Positions 50,510 to 59,701 are shown, counted from the stretch's first letter. The stretch is 64,000 bases of DNA from Candidatus Multivoradales bacterium (GCA_965248055.1 CBDFIJ010000004.1:928001-992000), one strand, 5' to 3'. Numbers and translations: made by a program. Notes: generated from the letters alone by a model not told the origin.

Positions 50510-50941
50510 TCACGTGCCGGTGTTCTGAGCCCACTGGGCCACCCAGCTGTTGTGCGCCCATTGGGCTCTCCATGGGAGGACGGAGGAGGAGGCCGATGGC
50601 ACCTGGTCGAGGATGTCGGGGTCGAACTCGGCCAGTGGCACCTTCTTGGCGGCGAGTTGCTCGGTTCCCAGCGAGGCCAGGACTTTCTCCGTTGGAAACT
50701 CGCCACCGGTTAGGTGCGGCTGCTTCGTGACCCCCTCCGGTGGGAGGTCCGCGTCGGCGATCCGATTCCGGGAGAACACCTGCGTCTCCACCTCCCGGAA
50801 GGCGCAGACCCTGTTGCTCTTCAAGTCCACCCGTGCCTCCGAGCGTTTCTTGAGAAAAGTGGTATGTCCCTTGTCGACCGGAAATTCCTGGTTGAGGGAG
50901 TACATAAACAACTCGATGTGCGGGGATTCCTGTCCCTTCAT
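50510..50941 (-). CDS. Putative RiPP precursor (143 aa) with a tandem Trp-rich C-terminal core
   Basis: GAGGAGG RBS; leader-like AEFDPDILDQV; core WRAQWAHNS-WVAQWAQNT-GT; directly upstream of the RRE and rSAM. Confidence 0.75.
   Translation of the reverse strand: MKGQESPHIELFMYSLNQEFPVDKGHTTFLKKRSEARVDLKSNRVCAFREVETQVFSRNRIADADLPPEGVTKQPHLTGGEFPTEKVLASLGTEQLAAKKVPLAEFDPDILDQVPSASSSVLPWRAQWAHNSWVAQWAQNTGT
50519..50572 (-). repeat. 2 x 27-nt (9-aa) core repeat W-x-A-Q-W-A-x-N-[S/T]
   Basis: TGGAGAGCCCAATGGGCGCACAACAGC / TGGGTGGCCCAGTGGGCTCAGAACACC. Confidence 0.85.
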
Positions 50942-50984
50942 AGCTCCGCCTCCTCTTGAAAGTGCGTTGTTGGTCACCTAATGG

Positions 50985-51012
50985 AATATCACACAAAAGA
51001 GGCCGATGTCAA
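50985..51012 (-). promoter_or_regulatory. Putative sigma70 promoter of the RiPP-like operon
   Basis: Perfect TTGACA at 51012-51007 and TG-T-GATATT extended -10-like element. Confidence 0.55.
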
Positions 51013-52063
51013 ATTCCTGTATGCGTCCATGACATTTGGCACTGATCGGTATGTTCAGCTACGTATTGTAACGGTGGTCTTTGTCCGTGGCTCCAGTGGG
51101 GCCTTTCGGCGTTAAACCAGAGCATCCAGTCGAAGAGTTTTTGGTTGAAAGCTTGGAGGTCAGTGAAGAGCAAGTCTTCGTTGTAGTCAACGAATTTCTC
51201 TTGGATGGTTCGATTGAATCTCTCGGCTTGGGCGTTCATCTTCGGGCATCTGGGGTAGGTGTACCAGCGTTTGATTCCAGCCTCAGCAGCTTTCTTGTCG
51301 AAGGCTCCTTGAAACTCACTACCGTTGTCTGAGAGCACGGTAGTAACAGCAAATGGCAAGACATCAAGGCTCAGGTCCAGAAAGCGCGCTGCCGTGCTCG
51401 AGGTGTGGGAGTTGGTGGCTATTGCAGCAGACTCATGCTGCTGGCGGCATCGGTCAGAGTGATCAAGTACCGGCGTTGGCCATCACAGAATCGCTCGATG
51501 GTATCTACTGCCACCCACTGGCTAGGCGAGCATGCCTTGGTTCCTTTAGGTTTGCGAGGCTTACGCTTTCGTTTTGCTTTCACTCGACCCAGGCGATCAA
51601 TCCTTTGAGGCACCAAGCGCATCTTGTCGGGAGCATCGCCAATGATGCGGCCGATGGTGCTCACCGAGGGGCAGGTAATTCCCCTTACTTCACACCAGGG
51701 TTTCAACAGCGGATAGATCTTGTCCTTGCCAAGATTGGGCTCTTTGACTCGCAATCGACCGATCTCAGAGACCACCTCAGCTGGCCACTTGCGCCGTCTT
51801 CTTTTCTTCGGAGCTGTTGATTGAGGGTTTAGAGAGGTTAGCTCTCCTTTGCACCTACCAAGACAAGACTTCCAGCGGTACAGAGTCCTCCGGCTCACCG
51901 AAAATGCATCGATCGCTGCATCGATCCCATGCTCCTGCCAGAATCTCAATGCTCGGATACGTTTCTCAGCGCTATCTTGGGTCATGACCCAAGATACCCC
52001 TAGATGACGAAGATGTCCCAGGCCTTGGAAACGCCCTCTGATCAACCTCATGCTCAGCGACAC
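51009..52063 (-). pseudogene. Frameshifted IS481 transposase
   Basis: 2-bp insertion near 51425 (ATTGCAGCAGAC versus ATTGCCAGAC in copy 1) splits the ORF into 51419..52063 and 51009..51359. Confidence 0.88.
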
Positions 52064-52103
52064 TCCTCATTGAACGAGTGCCATTTGTTTCTGAACTTAT
52101 GCA
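51018..52103 (-). mobile_element. IS481-family insertion sequence, copy 2 (1086 bp)
   Basis: Same ends as copy 1; ATTCC direct repeats at 51013-51017 and 52104-52108. Confidence 0.93.
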
Positions 52104-52420
52104 ATTCCCGGCGCTAGGCGAACCCCCAAGAAACCTTAGAGCCTCGAGTTCGGGGACTGTTCTCTTACACAAGAACATACTGTGTTTTTGTGTTTGCCAA
52201 AGTAGTAGTTCTTGAAGCCTTTTGCCAGAATCATCTCTGGCTATGACTAAAGCTCACCGGAGGCGAGCAGTGATGGAGCTCTCCCTAGCCAAGCGCTTCG
52301 CTTTGGCACAGAGGAAGTCCGATCGCCGGGAGTTACAACTATCGTCCAATCAACAGCCATCCGAGTCTAGGTATCAGGCTCGGGCTTACCGTAGGGACGG
52401 TATCTGAGTTGGGTGCCGAC

Positions 52421-52993
52421 CTAGCGCTCGTGACCGATGCGCCAAGTCAATCCGGTACTGATGCTGAAGTGGAACGAATCCTCATCAAACAACTCTGCGG
52501 AAATGGCGGACAGCTCGACCCGCGTTGCCATACGCTTGCGCCAACCAAAGAAGAACCGCGAGCCAATCGCGATCTGGTAGGCCGAGTTGTCGTCGCTGAT
52601 CACCGTGTCAAACGCCTCGAAGTCGGCATTCATTTGGCCGATGCCAAGCAGCACATAGGGAACGGTCCCCTGATTGGGATGAAAGTTGAAGAGCCCGTTG
52701 ATGAAGATCATGTCGAAGTCAGCGTCGATATCGCTGTCGCTGTTGAAGGCAACAATGTACTGACCCTCCAACTCCAAACTGTCGGTGAACATGTATCCAC
52801 CGCGAGCATCAAGTCGAATGGCGTTTCCGCCGTCCAAGATCTCGTCACTCGAAACGTCCAAGAACATGGTGCCCAGGTTGAGGCCAAGCTCGCCGTTAGT
52901 CCTAGCCAAAGGCTCGGTTGCAAATGCGGCAGTTCCCAGCAGTCCGGCCAAAAGGCACAGCGTTACCGCTCGTAGAATCAGTCTTACTTTCAT
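52421..52993 (-). CDS. Outer-membrane beta-barrel (OmpA-like transmembrane) protein
   Basis: Signal peptide ending AFA; RGGYMFTDSLELEG, VPYVLLGIG, terminal GLTWRIG. Confidence 0.85.
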   Translation of the reverse strand: MKVRLILRAVTLCLLAGLLGTAAFATEPLARTNGELGLNLGTMFLDVSSDEILDGGNAIRLDARGGYMFTDSLELEGQYIVAFNSDSDIDADFDMIFINGLFNFHPNQGTVPYVLLGIGQMNADFEAFDTVISDDNSAYQIAIGSRFFFGWRKRMATRVELSAISAELFDEDSFHFSISTGLTWRIGHER

Positions 52994-53084
52994 TGTTGTA
53001 GCCCCTAAGAATCGGCAATGGAGAACGCACCCAGTGCGCCCAAAACGATATTTTACGGTCTGATCAGCGCTTGACGCAAGCGGA

Positions 53085-53984
53085 CTACCAGCTGCCGGAC
53101 GATCCGCCGCCGCCAAAGCTCCCACCGCCACCGGAAAATCCGCCACCGCCACCGCTCCATCCGCTGGACGAAGACCAGCCGCCGCCAGACGTCCATCCTC
53201 CGCCACCGCGACCAATGCTGCCACCAATGCTGGAAAACAGAGCGCGCAGGATCGGGAAACCGATCACCCAAGCCAGCAGCAAGATCCACGACCAGGGCTG
53301 CCCTAGGGTTACCCATGGGACGACAAACCAAAACGGCATCATGAAGAAGTACGGGATCCAGCCCTTCGCGCCCCGAATGCGCAACAAGTTGAAGGAAAAG
53401 AAAGCCAAGAACCCCAGTAACGGCAGGGCACCGGTTCTCGCCGGGTTCGCAGTCCGGACCGCAGGCGCTGGTAGCTCTCCGCCTTCGGCTAAGGTCACCA
53501 ACGCATCGACCCCGGCTTCAACCCCCCCGCCAAAATCACCATCGCGGAATCGCGAAGCCATGATGTTGTCCAAAATCCGCCGTGAGTGGGCGTCGGTAAT
53601 GGTTGGCTCAAGACCGTAGCCAACTTCGATCCGCATGCGCCGGTCCTGGGAAGCGACAATCAAGATCACTCCGTCGTCCACACCCTCGCGGCCAATCTTC
53701 CAGGCATCAGCGACGCGAATTCCCAAATCTTCAATCGGCTCACCCTCAAGGCTGGGAATCGTCAGCACTACGATCTGGGTACCCCGCTCTCGCTCCAGGC
53801 GCTCAAGCCTCGACTCGATGCTCTGCTCTTCAGAAGGCGGAATGATCTGGGCAAGATCGTTGACCCGCCCGTTGAGAAACGGCACCTCGATCTGGGCAGC
53901 CGCGGCAATCGGCAACGCCAGCCAGACGCAGAAGATCAGGCGCCGAACCACCCGACGCCTAACGATCATAGATCCGTGGCTCAT
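53085..53984 (-). CDS. TPM domain protein (YgcG-like) with Gly-rich tail
   Basis: VNDLA, WKIGREGVDDGVIL, RIEVGYGLE, FSGGGGSFGGGGSSGSW. Confidence 0.92.
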   Translation of the reverse strand: MSHGSMIVRRRVVRRLIFCVWLALPIAAAAQIEVPFLNGRVNDLAQIIPPSEEQSIESRLERLERERGTQIVVLTIPSLEGEPIEDLGIRVADAWKIGREGVDDGVILIVASQDRRMRIEVGYGLEPTITDAHSRRILDNIMASRFRDGDFGGGVEAGVDALVTLAEGGELPAPAVRTANPARTGALPLLGFLAFFSFNLLRIRGAKGWIPYFFMMPFWFVVPWVTLGQPWSWILLLAWVIGFPILRALFSSIGGSIGRGGGGWTSGGGWSSSSGWSGGGGGFSGGGGSFGGGGSSGSW

Positions 53985-54615
53985 TGCTCAACTCGTCGAT
54001 GTCATCGTCGCGTCGGGGAACTTTGTGCTGTGCCAAAATGCGACCCAGCTCTTCCACCGCCCGCTGGATCGTCTCCCCGCGTTTGCCGCTCTTGAGATCC
54101 CTGGTCAGGTTGTCGATCACTTGATCCCACACCGACTCTTCGACTCTTCGGCGAATCCCCTCGTCGACCAGTACTTGCACCCGATGTTCAAAAAGCGCGA
54201 TAAACAACAACACCCCGGTGCGATCGACGGTGGCGAAGACTTCCTCTTCGACAAAGGCAACCGAAGCCCGCCTCGACACCCGCAAGGCCGCCAATTGCGG
54301 GTCGACTAGATAGCGCTCGAGAACCGGAATCAGTCGGGTTACGCACCAGCCCAAAACCAAACCAGCCAGAACGATGCCGATCATCCAAGCTGGCCCCCAC
54401 GGAATCCACGCACCCCAGTTGATCATCCCCACCGCAGCCAGGGAGACTGCGGTCAACGCTCCTAGCGCGGCGCCACGCCACGCAGCCTCCGGGTAATCGT
54501 CGCAACGACGGACAATGACACACACCAACTCACCACCGGTGAGTTGCTCAGCCTGCTCGGTGGCGTCGCGAATCGCGGTGAGATCCGCGCGGGAGAAAAA
54601 CGACCGAATGCGCAC
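53959..54615 (-). CDS. TPM domain membrane protein (LemA-operon partner)
   Basis: AEQLTGGEL, RTGVLLFIALFEHRVQVLVDEGI, DELSNE. Confidence 0.9.
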   Translation of the reverse strand: MRIRSFFSRADLTAIRDATEQAEQLTGGELVCVIVRRCDDYPEAAWRGAALGALTAVSLAAVGMINWGAWIPWGPAWMIGIVLAGLVLGWCVTRLIPVLERYLVDPQLAALRVSRRASVAFVEEEVFATVDRTGVLLFIALFEHRVQVLVDEGIRRRVEESVWDQVIDNLTRDLKSGKRGETIQRAVEELGRILAQHKVPRRDDDIDELSNEPRIYDR

Positions 54616-54623
54616 AGACGAGC

Positions 54624-55211
54624 TTAAAACTCGACCTTGGGTGGTTCATTGGCCCCAGGAGTCGACTCGAAATAGGGCCGTTGGTCGAAACCGAACATCT
54701 TGGCGAGGATCAGTGCAGGGAACTCCTTGATTGCAGTGTTGTAACTCCGCACAGAATCGTTGAAACGTCCACGTTCAACCGCAATTCGGTTCTCCGTGCC
54801 CTCCAGCTGCACCTGAAGGTCGCGAAACGCCTCGGTCGCTTTTAGTTCTGGGTAGCGCTCGACCACCACCAATAACCTCGACAGGGCACCGGATAGTCCG
54901 TCTTGCGCTTGCTGAAACTCGGCGAGCTTCGCCGCGTCCGGTGGCCCCTCAAGGTTGATCTGGCTGATCTTGGATCGAGCCTCGACAACTTGGATCAAGG
55001 TTTCCTGTTCAAAGTCAGCGGCGCCCTTCACCGTGCTAACCAGATTCGGAATCAAGTCAGCGCGCCGTTGATAGGCGTTCTCGACTTGACTCCAAGCTCC
55101 GTCCACCGACTCTCGAAGACCCACCAGTCGGTTGTAGTCGCAGCCCTGTAAGGACAATGCGAGTATCGAGACAGCCGCAATGCTAATAATTTGTGTGCGG
55201 TTGGATTGCAT
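54624..55211 (-). CDS. lemA: LemA family protein
   Basis: WSQVENAYQRRADLIPNLV, ERYPELKA, LEGTENRIAVER. Confidence 0.95.
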   Translation of the reverse strand: MQSNRTQIISIAAVSILALSLQGCDYNRLVGLRESVDGAWSQVENAYQRRADLIPNLVSTVKGAADFEQETLIQVVEARSKISQINLEGPPDAAKLAEFQQAQDGLSGALSRLLVVVERYPELKATEAFRDLQVQLEGTENRIAVERGRFNDSVRSYNTAIKEFPALILAKMFGFDQRPYFESTPGANEPPKVEF

Positions 55212-55415
55212 TTCTTTCCTCCTGGGACTCGTCGTAGCAATTTCCGCCCCGACGAAAAACTTATGTCAAGTATATCGAGGCCGATGAACAGGGCACGGAT
55301 CGGTCGACCAATGCCCAAAAACGGTGATCGGGATCGGCTAAGCGACTCGACAACCCAACTCATCAAACTCATTCGCAGGGGAATGAAGCCCTTGTTCCCA
55401 TATTGCGAGGCTGTA

Positions 55416-56240
55416 TTAGGAGTCCTGGTCGCTTCGAAGACGTATCTCTTGTTGTGGGTAGGGGATCGAGATATCCGCCGCCTCGAACGCTTCTTTGATC
55501 GATTCGGTCAAGGCAAAACGAACATCCCAGTACTCTTCGGTCCGCGCCCAGGGCCGAACCACCAAGTCCACGCCGCTGTCCGCCAATTCTGCGACCGCGA
55601 CCACCGGCTCGGGATTAGCCAAAACGCGCGGGTCCGCTTCCAAAACCGCGTGCAGGGTTTTTTTCACCAAAGCCAAATCCTCGGCGTAGTCCACCTGCAC
55701 CATCAAGTCGATGCGACGGCGCTCGTGCGCGGTGTAGTTGACCATCGAATCCGCAGTGATCTTGCCGTTGGGGATCACCACCCTCTTGTTGTCGTGGGTG
55801 CGCACTTCGGTGGCAAACACGTCAATTTCCTCAACCGTTCCGGATATCGCCCCAATTTCGACCACGTCGCCAACCCGAAATGGACGAATCAAGATCAGGA
55901 TTACCCCGGCAGCGAAGTTCGCCAGAGTGTCCTTGAACGCCAAGCCAATCGCCAGTCCCAATGCACCGACCACCGCCGCGAACGAGACCGACTCCATGCC
56001 CATCTTGCCAACCGCCGCCACCGCCACCAAGCCCATGAACAACAAGAACGCCGCACTGCCCAGGAACGACGCCAACGATCGATCGACCCCAGCCCGTCGC
56101 ATCGCCATTCTGATCATCACCGTGAGCACCTTGGCGACCAGATAGCCGAGAACCGCTATTACGATCCCTGACACCACCCGCGGACCAACCTCCTGGAGAG
56201 TCGCGGTCAACCGATCAATGGAGAGTCCAAAAAGTTCCAT
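55416..56240 (-). CDS. mscS: Small-conductance mechanosensitive channel
   Basis: GLAIGLAFKDTLANFAAG, RPFRVGD, VIPNG, IPYPQ. Confidence 0.92.
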   Translation of the reverse strand: MELFGLSIDRLTATLQEVGPRVVSGIVIAVLGYLVAKVLTVMIRMAMRRAGVDRSLASFLGSAAFLLFMGLVAVAAVGKMGMESVSFAAVVGALGLAIGLAFKDTLANFAAGVILILIRPFRVGDVVEIGAISGTVEEIDVFATEVRTHDNKRVVIPNGKITADSMVNYTAHERRRIDLMVQVDYAEDLALVKKTLHAVLEADPRVLANPEPVVAVAELADSGVDLVVRPWARTEEYWDVRFALTESIKEAFEAADISIPYPQQEIRLRSDQDS

Positions 56241-56288
56241 AGGCTAGCCCACTGTGCGCTACTGCTGCGTCGCAGGAAAAGAACGGAA

Positions 56289-58100
56289 TCACTCACGCGC
56301 AGTCGGCACGATCACCGTCTTGTGACGTTCACCGTCACGCTGATAAACCACCGCGACCTCTTCCCCAATCTTTACCGCATCCAAAGCGTAGGTGTAATCG
56401 TAAATGTTCTGGATTTCTTGACTGCCAAACTCGACGATAACGTCGCCCGCAGCCAATCCACCCGCCTCGGCGGGACCTCCCGCCATCACCCCGGACAGTC
56501 TCAATCCGACCACCCCGGAGGCGTAGTCGGGGATCGTCCCGGTGTAGGCGCGGACGCCGTCCCGAGTCCCTACATCATTCTGCTTTCGTTCTACCTGATT
56601 GAACTCTGGCGCAGTCTCCGTGGCGACCAATCGGCGCAAGACACCACTAGCCAGATTCACCACCGCTTCGATCCCCGGATAGTTCAAAGTCTTTGGTAGA
56701 TCGGAAGGGCGATGGTAATCCTCATGACTGCCGGTGAAGAAACTCAAACTGGGAACCCCAGTGTGATGAAAAGAAGTACTGTCAGTCGGCAAATAGGGAT
56801 CTTCTTGTAGCGTCAGACTCAATCCGACCGGAATGTTGGCGGACTCAATCCATCCGCTCCACGAAGGGCTGCTGCCCACCGCTTGCACCGTCAACTTGTC
56901 GTCGCGCAGGCGACCGACCATGTCGAAGTTGAGATAGCCGACCGGAGCTGCGTCCAGAAGCTCCTCGTCGGTAGCAAAGGCCTGGGAACCGAGGAGTCCG
57001 AGTTCCTCCCCGGACCAAAAAGTGAGAATCAAATCGCGAGAACGCTCGCGTTCCACCCAACGTCTACCGAGTTCCAACACCGCAGCAACTCCCGAAGCAT
57101 TGTCATCCGCTCCCGTGTGTACCGCGTCTTTGTCTTCGGCAGAGGCCAGAGAGTTGCCATTCTCTCCCCGCCCCAGGTGATCAAAGTGAGCTCCGACCAA
57201 GACCGCTCCCGGCCATTTGGACGGTACCGTCGCGGGCAATACTCCGGCGACATTGTGACCCTGACTCTGAACCCGCTCGACCTGCGTAGTCAGGGTCACC
57301 GCGCCCCCGTCGAGAGCGAAACCGGCTACGTGCGGATTGCCGGAGTCCAGTTCGTCCTGCACTTCCTGAAGAGATCGTCCGCTGGAACTGAGCAACCAGT
57401 CGGCGACCGCTTCTGAGACCGTGGCAGCCACCACCCCGGAGCCTTGAAATGCAGCGTCGGTGGTCTTCTTGAGGGTCTGGCCAGCGTTTGGCGAATTGGG
57501 GCCGGCAATAACCAACAGGCCCACCGCCCCCGCTTCGCGCGCCTGCAGAGCCTTGTAGCGCAGCCCCGAGTACCGCGCCATGATCCTCTTGCTCTCTGGG
57601 TCTGCCTCCTCGGGGAAGTACCGCAGCGCCAACACGATCTTTCCTTCCACGTCTAGGCCAGTGTACGAATCATAGGGAAACTCTTGGCCCTCGGGAATCC
57701 GCAGTCCGTAACCGGCAAAGACCACTTCGGCGGTCGCAGAGGTAGAGTCCGAAAAGGCCAGTGCACTGACTTGATCGGGTCCACCAAAAGTCCGCTCGCC
57801 ACGAGATACCGCCGATCCGAGGTCCTCAGACCCAGCGACAAAAGTAAACGGGATCAGGTATGAATCATCGCCTGAGATTGGTACCGCTCCCATTTGCTGC
57901 AATTGCTGTGCGACGTACTCCGCCGCAGCCAGTGCTCCCGCAGTTCCAGTCAGTCGACCCTCTAAATTTTCAGAAGCCAGGAACTCGACGTCGGCCCGAA
58001 GCCGATCGCTGGTCTGTTGGTCGGCGGCAAGCGGAGCAGCCACCGATGCTGAGACCAGAACCGCTGCCAACGCCAACCCACGTAAAGCGTTCGCTATCAT
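56289..58100 (-). CDS. M28 family peptidase with PA and PDZ domains
   Basis: GAHFDHLG, GADDNASG, SGEELGLLGS, NFDMVGR, DYHRPSD, C-terminal PDZ. Confidence 0.92.
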   Translation of the reverse strand: MIANALRGLALAAVLVSASVAAPLAADQQTSDRLRADVEFLASENLEGRLTGTAGALAAAEYVAQQLQQMGAVPISGDDSYLIPFTFVAGSEDLGSAVSRGERTFGGPDQVSALAFSDSTSATAEVVFAGYGLRIPEGQEFPYDSYTGLDVEGKIVLALRYFPEEADPESKRIMARYSGLRYKALQAREAGAVGLLVIAGPNSPNAGQTLKKTTDAAFQGSGVVAATVSEAVADWLLSSSGRSLQEVQDELDSGNPHVAGFALDGGAVTLTTQVERVQSQGHNVAGVLPATVPSKWPGAVLVGAHFDHLGRGENGNSLASAEDKDAVHTGADDNASGVAAVLELGRRWVERERSRDLILTFWSGEELGLLGSQAFATDEELLDAAPVGYLNFDMVGRLRDDKLTVQAVGSSPSWSGWIESANIPVGLSLTLQEDPYLPTDSTSFHHTGVPSLSFFTGSHEDYHRPSDLPKTLNYPGIEAVVNLASGVLRRLVATETAPEFNQVERKQNDVGTRDGVRAYTGTIPDYASGVVGLRLSGVMAGGPAEAGGLAAGDVIVEFGSQEIQNIYDYTYALDAVKIGEEVAVVYQRDGERHKTVIVPTARE

Positions 58101-59329
58101 TCACCTAACTCCTCGCTTCGTAGCGGACTTTGCGCCAAAGCATCCCGCGCGGCCTGGTCATTCCAATTGGCCCGGTAGAGTTGGCCACCCTCACCGTGGC
58201 GGCTACTGGTCCAGATCAGACTCTCTCCGTCAGGAGAAAACACCGGTAAGCCATCAAATCGATCGGTGGTCGTCACCCGAACCGGTTCGCGCAGTCCATC
58301 GATATCGATCAGGTAGAGCTCGAAGTTGGAAAACCCGAGCTTATTGGAAGCAAAGATGATGTGGTCGCCCGATGGATGGGTGTAAGGAGCCCAGCTCATG
58401 GCCCCAAACGTCGTCAGCTGTTTGGGCTCACTCCCGTCGGTGTAAGCGCTCCAGATTTCCGCGGTCAAGCCATCCTCGCTAAAGCGCCTCCAGACAACCC
58501 GACTTCCATCCGGGGTAAAGAATGGACCACCGTCATATCCTGGCACGTCGGTAATCTGTTCGACCTCAGATCCGTCTGCTCGCATGCGGTAGAGATCGGC
58601 AAAATAAGCCGAGTCCACTTCCAAGAGATTCGCTTCCTCGTCGGTGAGATCGCGCTGGTAGGCCGCTCGGTTGGAAGCAAAGATGATCCACTCGCCATCT
58701 GGGGAGTAACTTCCCTCGGCGTCATAACCGCGCTCATCGGTCAACCTGGTGAGCTCGGATTTCTCCAAGTCCGCCACATAGATGTCCATCTCGGGATCGT
58801 AGTCCCAGGCGTAGCGTCTTTCCTCTCCGCTCTCGCGAGCGGCAAATTCGTCGGCCGCCAGTTGGCCGGTCTGCGGATCGTGATGGGTGGAGGAAAACAG
58901 CGCTTGTTGGTGCCCCGGGCGCAGATACGCACAGGTGGTCTTGCCCATACCAGGTGAAACCCTGTGACTGTCGCCGGTTTCCAGGTCCAGCAAGTAGATT
59001 TGGTAGAACGGATTCTCGGACTCCCGCTCGCTCTGGAAAATTAATTTCTTACCATCAGCGGAAAAGTAGCCTTCTCCAGCGCGCACACCCTCAAAAGTCA
59101 GGCGGCGGACACGGGACAGGAACTGGGACTCGTCGGCTGACGGCTGCCCCAGATTCTCTGGGGTTTCATGACCTGGCGGTAGGGCTTGGATTTGCGGAAT
59201 TTCTTGGCTTTCTTGCGAAGCGAGGGTTGCAATCGGCGCGACAAATCCTACTGCGATCAGACCCATCAAGGCCGGTCGCCACCACCGACCTTGATTCGGC
59301 CGGCGCCTTATCAGGGTCCAGAGAGGCAC
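58097..59329 (-). CDS. TolB-like PD40 beta-propeller protein
   Basis: AGEGYFSADG, YDAEGSYSPDG, YDGGPFFTPDG, FDGLPVFSPDG repeats; start uncertain. Confidence 0.88.
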   Translation of the reverse strand: MPLWTLIRRRPNQGRWWRPALMGLIAVGFVAPIATLASQESQEIPQIQALPPGHETPENLGQPSADESQFLSRVRRLTFEGVRAGEGYFSADGKKLIFQSERESENPFYQIYLLDLETGDSHRVSPGMGKTTCAYLRPGHQQALFSSTHHDPQTGQLAADEFAARESGEERRYAWDYDPEMDIYVADLEKSELTRLTDERGYDAEGSYSPDGEWIIFASNRAAYQRDLTDEEANLLEVDSAYFADLYRMRADGSEVEQITDVPGYDGGPFFTPDGSRVVWRRFSEDGLTAEIWSAYTDGSEPKQLTTFGAMSWAPYTHPSGDHIIFASNKLGFSNFELYLIDIDGLREPVRVTTTDRFDGLPVFSPDGESLIWTSSRHGEGGQLYRANWNDQAARDALAQSPLRSEELGE

Positions 59330-59339
59330 CGTCAGCGGA

Positions 59340-59645
59340 TTACCAACTGGATTTGGTGACGCCGGGAAGTTTGCCTTGCAAGGCGAGATCCCGAAGAGCG
59401 ATACGAGAGAGTCCGAACTTGCGATAGTAACCGCGGGGACGACCACTCAAATTGCAACGGTTGCGCACCCGCGTCGGACTGGCATCACGAGGAATTCGAC
59501 GCAAGGTCGAATAGGCGGCGAGTTTCTCTTCTTGCGGTCGTTTGGGATCTTTGATGATCGCCAGCAGGCGCTCCCGCTTCTCTTTGTGCAGAGGGACGAC
59601 TCTACGTCGGTGTTCGTTGCGAGCAATTTTTGCAGTCGTGGCCAT
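59340..59645 (-). CDS. rpsN: 30S ribosomal protein S14, long zinc-independent type
   Basis: [41 protein letters not shown]; 101 aa. Confidence 0.96.
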   Translation of the reverse strand: MATTAKIARNEHRRRVVPLHKEKRERLLAIIKDPKRPQEEKLAAYSTLRRIPRDASPTRVRNRCNLSGRPRGYYRKFGLSRIALRDLALQGKLPGVTKSSW

Positions 59646-59701
59646 ATCTGATTCTCGGTCTTGAGTTTTCTAAGTTCCAGTGTTCTAGTTTCTAGTTCCG
59701 C

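Noticed and set aside
49200-50941. Calling the cluster mycofactocin, PQQ or darobactin biosynthesis
   Set aside because: The precursor lacks IDGMCGVY, ExxxY and WNWSKSF-type cores, and the accessory genes of those pathways are absent.
50403-50996. 197-aa alternative-frame ORF over the precursor
   Set aside because: No RBS and Arg/Gly/Pro-rich off-frame composition; the 50941 frame has the strong RBS and the conserved repeat.
15240-52103. The two IS481 copies as ends of one composite transposon
   Set aside because: Each copy has its own distinct target duplication (GAAAG versus ATTCC), and the intervening DNA is housekeeping genes.
53085-53230. Gly/Ser-rich repetitive sequence
   Set aside because: Ordinary C-terminal tail of TPM/YgcG family proteins.
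55191-56171. 326-aa plus-strand ORF
   Set aside because: Antisense to mscS, with low-complexity Arg/His-rich composition typical of shadow frames.
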